Shown here one piece after another: positions 1-10,018 of a stretch of DNA of 32,000 nucleotides. A program made the position numbers and the translations under genes. How positions within the stretch are numbered: the first letter of the stretch is position 1; each line of letters begins with the position of its first letter. Below the pieces are notes generated by a model. The model did not search any database, was not told the origin of the DNA, and saw nothing but the letters and a program-made list of their open reading frames with translations. Location: assembly GCA_002794465.1 (NCBI GenBank), contig MTSL01000168.1, positions 56,001-88,000 of the forward strand. The letters are read 5' to 3'. This stretch comes from Paramicrosporidium saccamoebae KSL3. Its lineage: Eukaryota; Fungi; Cryptomycota.

Positions 1-2
1 CA

Positions 3-1307
3 TACCGTCAAACTACCGTCCCTGATGTGTTATGGATATTCCATCACGTCTTTGAACACAAGACTCTGCATAATATTTTGCTACCGCTAGAGTTTTTGGC
101 GAACAATCCATTACTCTTAGAGCTAGTGGATGAGCATTGGAACGAGTACAACTTGGATAAAATTGAACTCGGATCATATCCCGAGGTGCTAGACTATGAC
201 CCATGGTATAGTCGCACAGCCGATTATCTGATGGCTCAGCCCTACAAGGCGAATGGATTGGCCGCCATTTCTGCGTGCTGGAAAGGACATCTGGCCTTTT
301 GGGAGATTCATACCATCGGACAGGTTTCGAGTTGTCAACATTCCGAACAGTTGTTAAAGCTGCCAGTTCTGCTCAGAATAATCCAGTGCCGCCTTCAGGA
401 GCCCGAGCGAGTGCCAAGCACGCATCTTGGCGTCCCCCACAGTTTGGAAGCAGCGCTCATCAATACACTGCTCTCTACGAGTGATGTGTTGCACGTCTAT
501 ATTAAAGTTGTGACAAGGATTAAAGAACTGGTCGATCATGACGGCATGCGGGCATTATGGCATGGCAAAGTGACCTATTTGGCATTGAATAACCCAAGTA
601 TTCCCTTTGAGCACGTGATACTCCTCTTAAAGGACTACTTTTCTGCATACCAATGTGACGAATATCAATTCGATCTTATCCAGCGGATCGCAGTCCAGGA
701 GAACATGCGCCGTCCAAGGCCGGTCTATAACGACTCGTTACTGAGCATAGTGATGAGACAACTGGCGATGCATCATCAAGGGTTGGTGCCGTTCTGGGCG
801 GGAAAGTCCAGGCGATTGCAGCATTGGAGGGGCACGCTACGCTCAATGGGACAGTATTCCCCACCGCCAGAGGCTTGCGGTTGGCGAGCCGTTTGTGCAT
901 TATTTGGCACGGAACAACAGTTTCCTGTAATGTCCCGCTGGTTCACTGATCCATTCGTCTTGAAAAATAGGAATGGTGAGCTTACTACCTGCCACGATCT
1001 TGACTGTTTCATCCCAACATATGCTGCTATTGTCCTCTCAGAGAGCGGTTTGTTCACAAGGACCCCCGTGGGAAATGCGTTCAGCGGTGCTCCGAGTATC
1101 CCAGCCGTCTGGAGAACTATTGCTAGGATCATTGTCCTCGGCTTGGTATATTACCAGCACGATGTCTTTAATCTATCACCCGAGACTTGGGACCTATTCC
1201 ATACTGCGCCGACGGAAGTGGATCCTTGGGACCAACATTTTAGGAATAATGGATTATCCTTTACTCACCAAGTCCTTCAGGCCACTAGAGTGCTGCAATA
1301 CCTATAG
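3..1307 (+). CDS. Lineage-specific ~500-aa family, copy 1 (5'-truncated by the window edge); C-terminal region possibly HECT N-lobe-like
   Basis: The frame is open from position 3 to TAG at 1305-1307, so the GTG start at 27 in the ORF track is an artefact. Shares LLPL..L..N..L..LVD, ALWHGK, PFW and ARIIVLGLVYYQHDVFNL blocks with the four downstream paralogs. Confidence 0.85.
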   Translation, partial: YRQTTVPDVLWIFHHVFEHKTLHNILLPLEFLANNPLLLELVDEHWNEYNLDKIELGSYPEVLDYDPWYSRTADYLMAQPYKANGLAAISACWKGHLAFWEIHTIGQVSSCQHSEQLLKLPVLLRIIQCRLQEPERVPSTHLGVPHSLEAALINTLLSTSDVLHVYIKVVTRIKELVDHDGMRALWHGKVTYLALNNPSIPFEHVILLLKDYFSAYQCDEYQFDLIQRIAVQENMRRPRPVYNDSLLSIVMRQLAMHHQGLVPFWAGKSRRLQHWRGTLRSMGQYSPPPEACGWRAVCALFGTEQQFPVMSRWFTDPFVLKNRNGELTTCHDLDCFIPTYAAIVLSESGLFTRTPVGNAFSGAPSIPAVWRTIARIIVLGLVYYQHDVFNLSPETWDLFHTAPTEVDPWDQHFRNNGLSFTHQVLQATRVLQYL

Positions 1308-1348
1308 ACAACATCTGCCAGGGCTGAAGTCGACCCGAATCTTCCTTT

Positions 1349-2860
1349 ATGCTTCATTATGCCATTTTTACTCTGTTGTGCTATACCGAGGCACTGGTAA
1401 TTAAGACTAGTATTTCAGACCTCAGGTACACCCACCAAGGGTGTATAATGTCAATATTTGACAATCTACGTTATGACCAGGAGACTCTTGAGGGTCTCTC
1501 TACGGTACTAATATCGAATCCTTCGCCGCACATTCAGGACGCATGGTGTGCGGCGTATCTAGACAAGGACGCTTCTCAGTTGGTATTTGACTCGTACATT
1601 CATAGGAAAGAGTGGCATCATTTGCTATTGCCCTTGGACTTGATCTTGTCAAACAAACACTTGGCAGAATTAGTAGATGCCAATTGGAGCATGTATCGGC
1701 CTGCATATTACTCTTTGAATCATGACTATCCGATTATGAGCCAAGTCAACTGGCAGAGGAATATTTTCAAGGCGATAGAACAAAATCCTGCCCTCATAAA
1801 GGGGAGGCTCGGCGAATATGGTGTGTCTCAGGGCCAATTGGAGCTCTGGTATGTGGAAACGTACGATGTGACGCTAAATAGCGATATCGTGGCAAAATGG
1901 CTTGAGAAATTGAAAATTTGGCTTCTGGTGCAACTTCAGGCTCATCTCACTGATCCGCAATACAGCATGGAGAATGCTTCTTCATGGTTCCCATATGATG
2001 CCAGGGACAGACTCATTTTTCACAAATTTAATTCAAACCCACTGAAGCATTATCAAACGCTATTAACACGGATCACGATACTACTGGGAGACATGCCTGA
2101 ATCTAACGTTGCGTTATGGCACGGAAAGTTGCTCTATGCTCTACTGCACTTGGCAGAAACTTTACCCAAACAACAGATTGAAGAGTTTCTTATAAGCTAC
2201 TCGCCGCTAAACTATCAAGAGGCAACACTTTTGGATCTTAGGCCTTGGTTTATTAAGACTGGAATGTTCCAAACGTGTCCGTCTTCTCCACTGAACTCCA
2301 AGATGCGGCAGCTTGGGGAACTGCACTCGACAATGTTGCCGACTGTCCGTGGAGATGCCAAGTTCTTAATGTTTTGGAATGATGTGCGGGGGTTCGCGAG
2401 GCCCCTCAGGCCATCCTCGACACCCTGCACTTGGCTGGATATCTGTAGATTAATTGCAAGAATCCCTCCAGATGAAATATTACCTCCAAAGTTTGAGAGG
2501 CCGATTACTATTCAGTCTGCGTCGTCACAGCCACTGCAGGTATATAGTGACATCTATGACTTGCTCCGTGTTTTGCCGTCCTGGCTAACCGAACAAAGCT
2601 ATGTCTCTACGATATTTTTCGACCTCACATCAGAATCCCCCTTAAATAGGTACGTGCCCATTTTTCAAGCAATTGGAAGGCTGCTCGTGTGGGGCATTCA
2701 TTATACTGGTCAAGACGTATTCAATTTTGGTCCCTCCGTATGGGATTGTCTATTATACAATTGGAACTATAGAGTGCTTGATTATACCGCCTCGGAGAAT
2801 ATATCAGCCGTTCTGAGTTGGCACAAGATTTACATTAACCCCCCATCTGTGCACACCTAG
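1349..2860 (+). CDS. Secreted lineage-specific family, copy 2 (503 aa)
   Basis: Intronless ORF with hydrophobic N-terminus MLHYAIFTLLCYTEA|LVIK. Family motifs ALWHGKL, MFW and AIGRLLVWGIHYTGQDVFNF. Confidence 0.85.
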   Translation: MLHYAIFTLLCYTEALVIKTSISDLRYTHQGCIMSIFDNLRYDQETLEGLSTVLISNPSPHIQDAWCAAYLDKDASQLVFDSYIHRKEWHHLLLPLDLILSNKHLAELVDANWSMYRPAYYSLNHDYPIMSQVNWQRNIFKAIEQNPALIKGRLGEYGVSQGQLELWYVETYDVTLNSDIVAKWLEKLKIWLLVQLQAHLTDPQYSMENASSWFPYDARDRLIFHKFNSNPLKHYQTLLTRITILLGDMPESNVALWHGKLLYALLHLAETLPKQQIEEFLISYSPLNYQEATLLDLRPWFIKTGMFQTCPSSPLNSKMRQLGELHSTMLPTVRGDAKFLMFWNDVRGFARPLRPSSTPCTWLDICRLIARIPPDEILPPKFERPITIQSASSQPLQVYSDIYDLLRVLPSWLTEQSYVSTIFFDLTSESPLNRYVPIFQAIGRLLVWGIHYTGQDVFNFGPSVWDCLLYNWNYRVLDYTASENISAVLSWHKIYINPPSVHT

Positions 2861-2970
2861 TTAATTCGGAATTAATTAAAAGATTACTTAGTCTGAGGTT
2901 GTGATAAAAAACCGTTATCCGTCCATAGGTTGCAGACTGCGGACCACAGCGCACAGGCATACTCTCTCTC

Positions 2971-3026
2971 TAACTACTAACTACTAACTACCAACTACTA
3001 ACTGACTGACCAACTAACTTGACTGA
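2971..3026. repeat. Imperfect (TAACTAC)n microsatellite directly upstream of copy 3
   Basis: taactac taactac taactac caactac taactga ctgac caactaacttgactga, ending 3 nt before the ATG at 3030. Confidence 0.8.
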
Positions 3027-3029
3027 TAG

Positions 3030-4529
3030 ATGCTCCTATGTTGGATGCTGATGGTGCCATGGCAGGTATCTGCATTGCGACTGCATTGTAAGCCGCGCGG
3101 ACTGGATTTTTTGCTGACAAATTACACGCCTCTTTTTCAAAATCTCGATTACGCTGATGACCGTACCTTGGATGCACTCTCTGCCATTGTGACAGAGAGA
3201 TTACCGGCCGTGGCGTTTCATGCGTACCGGATGCTAAGCTTGTCGCCGGGACAATGCGAGGCCCTCTATAGACGGTTCGTCGGCCGTCCAGAATTACATC
3301 GCTGGATGCTGCCGTTGATGCTAATCCTCAACAATCCGACTTTGACCAAGATTGTGGATTGGGAGGGTCATCGCCACGATGCCTTTGCCATTGCAGATAA
3401 TCTGGCCATCTTAAATGAAGAGCCATGGAAAACTCGAATTGTCAAGGCCGTTGTAGACAACCCTGCCCTACTGGAGTCTAGCCAGCTGGCCAGAGTGGCG
3501 TCCATGCCGTCCTGGCTCAATCCGTATCACTTGTACTCTACATCGTCTTTCAGGGAATGGCTTGCAAAATTACCACCATTGCTCTTGTTGGTGCAGATGG
3601 CAGCATCGGGGGTCACTTGGTTGTTTCCCCACCTAATAGTCCCTGATAGCGAGGATATAAGTTCCTTTAACAAGTTCCAAGGAGATCTGATGGATGAAGA
3701 TAAGTTTGCAATTGTGTTAAAGCGCATTATGGGACATTTAGAGACGGAGCAAGACTCAGTAAAGGCCATCTGGCATGGAAAACTGGTGCAGCTTGTCCTC
3801 CCCCCTGATAATGCTAACCACTTGCCGCTCTCCATCATTCTTGACTATTTCAACGCCTATGCAACTGAAGATTATCAATTTGGAATGGTTCAAGGTCTGG
3901 CCAACTCGATTATTCTTCGTCAGCCCCTTTCCGAGTCGATTCCGTATCATGTAAGATCGAAATTGGATCAACTCAAGATAAGATTCCCATCGCTACAGCC
4001 CTTCTGGGGGCTACGAGCAGACTACACTCGGCATTGGCGCAGAGAGTTAATCTCCAGAGGAGTTTTCGTCCCGCCCTTGCACGTCTGTGACCTACAAGAC
4101 TCCTGTCTAGTGCTTGCCAAAATATGCGTATCAGCTTTGTGGCTAGTCCATCCTACGTTTGCTAATCCCTTTCTTATACAACATGGTGAGAAGGTAGTAT
4201 CTTGCAAAGATGTATATTGTCTGCTGGACCTGATTCCTTCACTGCTCGTCGCGGATGGAGCGATTGAGAGCACTGTGAACGGGGCAGTGCTTGGTTCCGC
4301 TCAGCAATCGACTGTCGTATGGCTCACCATCGGTCTTTTGATCTCATGGGGTTTTGTATATAGTGACCGGGACGTGTTCGGCTTTAACGATAGCCAGTGG
4401 CAGCTGGTGTACGATTTGGCCTCTAAGCCCGTTAATATAGAGGATGGGCACGAGGGATTGGCCGTGATTGTAAAGAATCTCATGTTGCAGGGCTTTTTTC
4501 GAGCCACCCGTAATCATTACATTAGATAA
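3030..4529 (+). CDS. Secreted lineage-specific family, copy 3 (499 aa)
   Basis: Signal-like MLLCWMLMVPWQVSA|LRLH. Motifs EPWKTRI, AIWHGKL, PFWG and IGLLISWGFVYSDRDVFGF. Closest to copy 4. Confidence 0.85.
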   Translation: MLLCWMLMVPWQVSALRLHCKPRGLDFLLTNYTPLFQNLDYADDRTLDALSAIVTERLPAVAFHAYRMLSLSPGQCEALYRRFVGRPELHRWMLPLMLILNNPTLTKIVDWEGHRHDAFAIADNLAILNEEPWKTRIVKAVVDNPALLESSQLARVASMPSWLNPYHLYSTSSFREWLAKLPPLLLLVQMAASGVTWLFPHLIVPDSEDISSFNKFQGDLMDEDKFAIVLKRIMGHLETEQDSVKAIWHGKLVQLVLPPDNANHLPLSIILDYFNAYATEDYQFGMVQGLANSIILRQPLSESIPYHVRSKLDQLKIRFPSLQPFWGLRADYTRHWRRELISRGVFVPPLHVCDLQDSCLVLAKICVSALWLVHPTFANPFLIQHGEKVVSCKDVYCLLDLIPSLLVADGAIESTVNGAVLGSAQQSTVVWLTIGLLISWGFVYSDRDVFGFNDSQWQLVYDLASKPVNIEDGHEGLAVIVKNLMLQGFFRATRNHYIR

Positions 4530-4782
4530 ATTGCCTATTGATGTGTGAGTATTTGGGTTGTTTCAGTACAAGATTCAGAATATGTTCCAGCATAGAGTCT
4601 GGGACCGATTACAATTTACGCTGTCATCTATGCATATTGATTGCTGCCATGTACAATAATACTAAGCGCTAACAGCCCATAACCCCGCGTTATTAACTGC
4701 AGGAAGATCTGACCTTGATAAAATACTTTAACCCATATATAGCTGCTACATTGAACATTGGGTAGGGGATGTGCACTAAGCC

Positions 4783-6306
4783 ATGATGGGTATATTACCG
4801 TTGATAGTGCCTATTGCTGCATTGACGCTGAAATGCCAACCGTCAGAGCTGTACTACGTTGCACCAAACCCTGCTATCATCTTCAACAGTCTGGACTATA
4901 CTGACAGGCTTACACTGGATTCTCTACCCTCGCTGTTGACAGCCGATTTACCCCTTAAGATGCAAGATTCCTACGATGCGCAGCTATTTTCTCTGGAAGA
5001 GTCTTTGGCGCTTCATGAGCGATTTGCGGAACACACAGATCTTCGTCCCTGGATATTGCCGGTCCCACTGATCTTCAACAACCCGACGTTGCAGGATCTC
5101 GTCGACTGGTCACTATATAGCCAAGACGTGGTTGAAATATCGAGTGCGTTGCCTTCGCTGCTGGAGCAGGAGCCATGGAAAACACGAATCATTGGGGCAG
5201 TAATTGACGATCCGGCAAAGTTAGGAAGAGGACAAGTTTCCTGGGCAGTACGAGACGGTGGACTTTCATCGTGCTTAAACCCAATAATTGAGTTTTCCGA
5301 AGAAGAATCAAGAAAATGGAAGGCTGAACTGCCGTTGTTATTGGTGATAATTCAGTTGTATTATATGCCCAATTCAACTTTTGATGTGGTAGCTGATAAG
5401 GAGTCGAGTGCGGATATGGTATCCTTTATAAAATTCCTAAAGGAGCCACACATCATATCCTACCAGGATGTACTCACAAGCGTATTCGGACATTTGAAAG
5501 GTAGCAATGAGTCAATCAAGGCTATCTGGCATGGAAAGCTACTGATCATCGCCTCTGCTTATAACAAGAGCCAGTTTGCAAATGCTCTGCCAGCAATGGT
5601 GATGGAGTACTTTTGTGTTTATGATACAACCGCTTACCAGTATGGGATGGTGTCCCAAATAGGATTTGTAATCTTGAGACAACGAATTTTGACAGAACCA
5701 ATTAATCCGGCTCTTGAATTACGGCTGACACAGATCCAGAAACGATTTAGATGGATGAAACCCATATGGGGGCCCCGGGAGGCATACCTCCGTCACTGGC
5801 GACGCAATTTACGGTCCCGTGGTATAATTCGTCCGCCTCTGGAGCCATGTGATTTCGGGAGAGTGTGTCGATGGCTGTCAAAAATTGCACGATCGAAATT
5901 GTGGATGATCCATCCAACATTTGCAAATCCATTGCTAATTCACGATGGTGGAGAGTTGAGCCGGTGTGATAGTGTTCATTGTCTGCTGAGTATCCTTCCG
6001 CCAAAGTTGCAATCCCTGGGGGCATTTATAGAGACACCTGATGGATTCCAAATCAACACTGTAGAATTGCCGTCGTTTGTGTGGGAGAGCATTGGCCTAT
6101 TAATCTCATGGGGCTACGTCTTTCTCAGCCGTGATGTATTCCACCTGAGTGACGTGATGTGGCACTCCATGTATAATGTGGCCGACGGAATTAAGACACC
6201 AGAATTTACCACCATATATGGCAACCATGCCGGGACAGGCTTCGTGATGGATCTGCTATCACGGTATGACTTTTTTCGAGCGACAGTCAATCAATACATT
6301 AAATGA
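4783..6306 (+). CDS. Secreted lineage-specific family, copy 4 (507 aa)
   Basis: Signal-like MMGILPLIVPIAA|LTLK. Motifs EPWKTRI, AIWHGKL, PIWG and IGLLISWGYVFLSRDVFHL. Ends FFRAT like copy 3. Confidence 0.85.
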   Translation: MMGILPLIVPIAALTLKCQPSELYYVAPNPAIIFNSLDYTDRLTLDSLPSLLTADLPLKMQDSYDAQLFSLEESLALHERFAEHTDLRPWILPVPLIFNNPTLQDLVDWSLYSQDVVEISSALPSLLEQEPWKTRIIGAVIDDPAKLGRGQVSWAVRDGGLSSCLNPIIEFSEEESRKWKAELPLLLVIIQLYYMPNSTFDVVADKESSADMVSFIKFLKEPHIISYQDVLTSVFGHLKGSNESIKAIWHGKLLIIASAYNKSQFANALPAMVMEYFCVYDTTAYQYGMVSQIGFVILRQRILTEPINPALELRLTQIQKRFRWMKPIWGPREAYLRHWRRNLRSRGIIRPPLEPCDFGRVCRWLSKIARSKLWMIHPTFANPLLIHDGGELSRCDSVHCLLSILPPKLQSLGAFIETPDGFQINTVELPSFVWESIGLLISWGYVFLSRDVFHLSDVMWHSMYNVADGIKTPEFTTIYGNHAGTGFVMDLLSRYDFFRATVNQYIK

Positions 6307-6539
6307 GCAGCTATGTCTCATTGCAAACCTTGCGTCATAGCCAGTTGTGGTAAAGACCTTTTGGAAATTTCCGATCCGTTGTATATTTGTGAGGCCTATA
6401 GTCATGGAGAAAGCCTGGTCTGTAGATGTGATATATGATATATGGTATACCATCACACGTCAGTAAATACATTAAACGAGTCATATGACCAAAAATTGTA
6501 GATTGCAATAAATTCTCATGAAATTGAATTATAACCACA

Positions 6540-8072
6540 ATGCTACCTCTCTTGGTACTCCTCTGTGTGACTGATGCGCTGCGTCTCCGCGGAACAGTGA
6601 CCGAATATCGCTTTTCAACTTCCAATTACCGCCGATTCCTCGCAGCGACGCAGTACTGTGATGAAGACACCCTGAAGGCGCTACCGAGGCTGATGCAAAT
6701 GGGATCAATTGGCTGGACAATTGCATATCGGAAGCAGCAACTGGACAACACTAATGCACAATGTCTATATAACGCATTCATCGGGAAGCCGGAGCAGCAG
6801 ACAGTTTTGCCACTGCAGCTGCTTTTGTCTCATGAAATGCTGGAGCAACAGTTAGACCGCGATTGGGAAGTGTACAAGACGGAAATGTTTGATTTGACTG
6901 TCGCATTGAGGGCGACAGTAGCGAAAGAGTTGTGGAGACGGCGGATATTGGGCGCAGTGGGCCAGGACCCGGCCCGCGCTACGAACGCTGTGGTCCGGTG
7001 GGCGGTGGAGGAGGGCTTTCTTCAGGTGTTTTATCACTTTTCAGGATATTTTGCGGCTCCGCCAAATGTGCTTGACAACTGGACCAAAGCGATTGGACTG
7101 TTGTTAACACATATCCATGCCTTGTATGTTAATAGCATACATGTCCTCCCAGAATCCCAAGAACTGATCCTTCTCCGACAGTTTGTCCATGAACCGCGAA
7201 ACCCAAGAGTCTATGAACAGCTCTTGGTAGATATTAAACAAAGAATTGCTGACCAACCTGACGAAGAGTGCCCTTCAAAATTAGCCTATTGGCACGGAAA
7301 GCTGTTGTATCTGGCCCTGACTCTCCAGCCCGGCCGTCTTGGAACAGACCCATCTCCACGCAGTATGGTTGTCGTCTTTTTCACTTCATACTCTCCGCAG
7401 CATTACAAGTTCGATCAGCTAAAGCTCTTGTCGCGTCCCATTCTCTGCCAGCGACTACTGCTTGGGCCTCTTGAGGGACGTTTGGAAGCCAACTTGGAGG
7501 CGATCGGAAGACGACCTGCGTTCCTAATAAAATTTTGGGGGACGCGATGGATGCTAACGAGGACGTGGAAGAGTTTGCAGCTGGCTTATAACGTCTTTAC
7601 GCCTCCGCCCGGAGTGTGTGGATGGCAAGAAGTCTGTGTTGCATTGATGGAAAGTGGCTACGGGGGAGGAGCGCTATACTTTCGTTTCGCCAGTGTCCTT
7701 CGACTAAGAACCCAAGCGGGGATTGTAGAGTGTCATGATGTACTCTCCCTGCTCAAGGTACTACCCGATGTGTTGATGAAAGAGAGCGGCGTTTTCAAGA
7801 GTACCCTCTTTGGAAACCGACTACGTGATCATTCGTTTATTCCATTGTGGCACGCTATTGCGCGTCTGTTTGTCCTTGGCTCTCTACATGAAGAGCGGGA
7901 TGTATTCAAGCTTGCCCCACGATTGTGGTATCGTCTGTATCAAATGGCAAACTACACCCTACCCACACGTGTAGCGCTAAAATATTCAAACCATAATGGC
8001 CTGAATGTACTGGTCGGACTGCTCACTAACACGGACTTTTTCTGCATTACCAACTACCAATTCACAACATAG
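6540..8072 (+). CDS. Secreted lineage-specific family, copy 5 (510 aa)
   Basis: Signal-like MLPLLVLLCVTDA|LRLR. Motifs AYWHGKL, KFWG, ESGVFKST and IARLFVLGSLHEERDVFKL. Confidence 0.85.
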   Translation: MLPLLVLLCVTDALRLRGTVTEYRFSTSNYRRFLAATQYCDEDTLKALPRLMQMGSIGWTIAYRKQQLDNTNAQCLYNAFIGKPEQQTVLPLQLLLSHEMLEQQLDRDWEVYKTEMFDLTVALRATVAKELWRRRILGAVGQDPARATNAVVRWAVEEGFLQVFYHFSGYFAAPPNVLDNWTKAIGLLLTHIHALYVNSIHVLPESQELILLRQFVHEPRNPRVYEQLLVDIKQRIADQPDEECPSKLAYWHGKLLYLALTLQPGRLGTDPSPRSMVVVFFTSYSPQHYKFDQLKLLSRPILCQRLLLGPLEGRLEANLEAIGRRPAFLIKFWGTRWMLTRTWKSLQLAYNVFTPPPGVCGWQEVCVALMESGYGGGALYFRFASVLRLRTQAGIVECHDVLSLLKVLPDVLMKESGVFKSTLFGNRLRDHSFIPLWHAIARLFVLGSLHEERDVFKLAPRLWYRLYQMANYTLPTRVALKYSNHNGLNVLVGLLTNTDFFCITNYQFTT

Positions 8073-8420
8073 CGATTCTGTGTCGTGTCTAATCACGAGG
8101 CTGATGTTTTTTATTACAAACCCTTTATCAGAGATTGAGCCATGATCATAATATTAAAGATCCTTGGTCCCAATGGGAAAATATACCCTTTATCTGTAGC
8201 TATGCTACTGAGAATGCTTTGCTCTTGGCCTGTAACTAGGTTATTGAGAACCCCTTATCCTTAACCTTGAGAGTCTCTTATCTTTGGTTCGTTGATATAC
8301 CCTCCCACGTCATTCATGGTATCTGATTATACTACTTTACAGATAGGTTAATTGCTTCCATCATCATTCATACTTCCATAATTCCATACTCCCATGGTCA
8401 CTTGGCCACCTCATCTTCAT

Positions 8421-8930
8421 CTATAGGGGCACTAGCGGAGAATCACCCTCTACATCGCTGTCGCGTCCATCAAAGTCATCCGTATTAAACACTTGAATGT
8501 CTTCTACGACCACCTTGACATCCACACGTCCACCTGTTTCCTCTTTTACTTCACCTTCATTTTCAAGCAACTCTCCTTTCCACGCCTCCGCCAGTACCTC
8601 CAACTCTCGCTTTGCCTCGCTGCCCGCCACACCCACCTCCTCACTATCCCGGATCATCTGTTCCTCGTGATGTGAAGCCGGCAATGGAAGGGCCTCCCAT
8701 TCGTCCACCTTTTCTGCATCGGCAGCAATTTCAGACTCTTCCAGATCCCACAGCGACGTATCGGGAACCTCGGGCGGCGGGTCGGCTGGCGGAGCGAGAA
8801 TCGGCTCCATTTCCTCGCGAAAGTCTTGATCTCCCGCCAGTTCGCCGTGTACAGCCCTATCCAAAATGTCCAACGCATCACTCCTCGCCCATCCGACCAG
8901 GATACCCAATGTAAACAACACCAGCCGCAT
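8421..8930 (-). CDS. Small acidic protein with predicted signal peptide (169 aa), unknown function
   Basis: N-terminus MRLVLFTLGILVGWARS is followed by a strongly Asp/Glu-rich body with a Pro-rich patch. No recognisable domain. The 3' end could be modified by a short intron. Confidence 0.6.
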   Translation of the reverse strand: MRLVLFTLGILVGWARSDALDILDRAVHGELAGDQDFREEMEPILAPPADPPPEVPDTSLWDLEESEIAADAEKVDEWEALPLPASHHEEQMIRDSEEVGVAGSEAKRELEVLAEAWKGELLENEGEVKEETGGRVDVKVVVEDIQVFNTDDFDGRDSDVEGDSPLVPL

Positions 8931-8961
8931 TGCTTAACAAACGAAACAATTTTCATCGTTA

Positions 8962-9841
8962 ATGAGTGCCAGCGAGTCGCTCGGTTCGGGGGCCGTTGCG
9001 GGGTTCGCATCAGTGTTGGCATTGCAGCCTTTGGATGTGCTAAAGACACGGCTACAAGAGATGCCACGGCATAGCACCACGTGGAACAAGCGAGTCATGG
9101 CTGTAGTGCAGAACACTGTCAGAAATGACGGCATTCGTGGCTTCTGGCGAGGAACTTGTAAGCCGGATAACTCAAGGAGATTGACGTGTAGGGCCGACAT
9201 TGATACGAAATGTCCCGGGAGTGGCCGTGTATTTTGCCACCCTCCAGCAATTGCAGTATTTGGTGCTTCTGGCGAATCGGAGGGGTTTTCCATACTTTTA
9301 CGATGAGGCAGGACAAAAGCTCTCAACAGCGGGCAATCTCCTCGTCGGGGCTTCGGCAAGAACGTTTGCAGGCGCCCTGCTGATGCCTGCCACTGTCCTA
9401 AAGGTGCGTTTTGAATCGTCAACATATAACTACCGCACCCTCTCAGAGGCATTACGTAACATTCTCGCCCAAGACGGCGTTCGTGGATTGTTCCGAGGAC
9501 TGGGTGCAACGGCACTAAGGGATGCCCCGCATGCCGGATTGTATCTCGCCTTTTATCGGATGGTGAGATGGGAGGGAGTGGGAGGAACAATGGTCGGTGG
9601 TGCCGTTGCAGGCGCCCTCGCCACTGCCTGCACCCAGCCCTTTGATTTGGCCAAAACAAGAGTGCAGCTGGCCAGAGGAAAAACAGACTTTATCACTGTC
9701 CTCAGAGCAGTGGCAAAGAATGAGGGAATTGCGGGATTGTTCAGTGGGATTGGCCCGAGACTCGTGCGGAAAAGTCTCAGTCAAGCCTTCACTTGGACTG
9801 TATATGAGGAATTGATGCGTCATTGTAAATCGCTGAAATAG
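8962..9841 (+). CDS. HEM25: Mitochondrial glycine carrier (SLC25A38/Hem25 family), 2 exons
   Basis: Carrier signatures QPLDVLKTRLQ, MPATVLKVRFES and QPFDLAKTRVQ, plus family-typical RNVPGV and TALRDAP. A 34-nt intron at 9158-9191 (gtaagc...ttgacgtgtag) joins GT-W-PTLIRNVPG in frame. Confidence 0.9.
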
Positions 9842-10018
9842 AACGGGAGCATGAAAGTGGACGTCCCAAATAGAGGTGCATGAATAAGTCTTTACGTCCC
9901 CGTTGCATTGTACATGTGATGCTGTGAATAGACTCTTAACTGCGCCATGAATAAATAAATGTTTGCTCTATAACGTTGCATTGTCACTTGTGACGCCGAA
10001 TGAATGAATAAGTGTTTA

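Noticed and set aside
8398-8454. Possible terminal intron extending the acidic orphan (giving ...DEDEVAK or ...MKMRWPS)
   Set aside because: Two alternative GT donors fit with no homolog to choose between them, so it cannot be supported from sequence alone.
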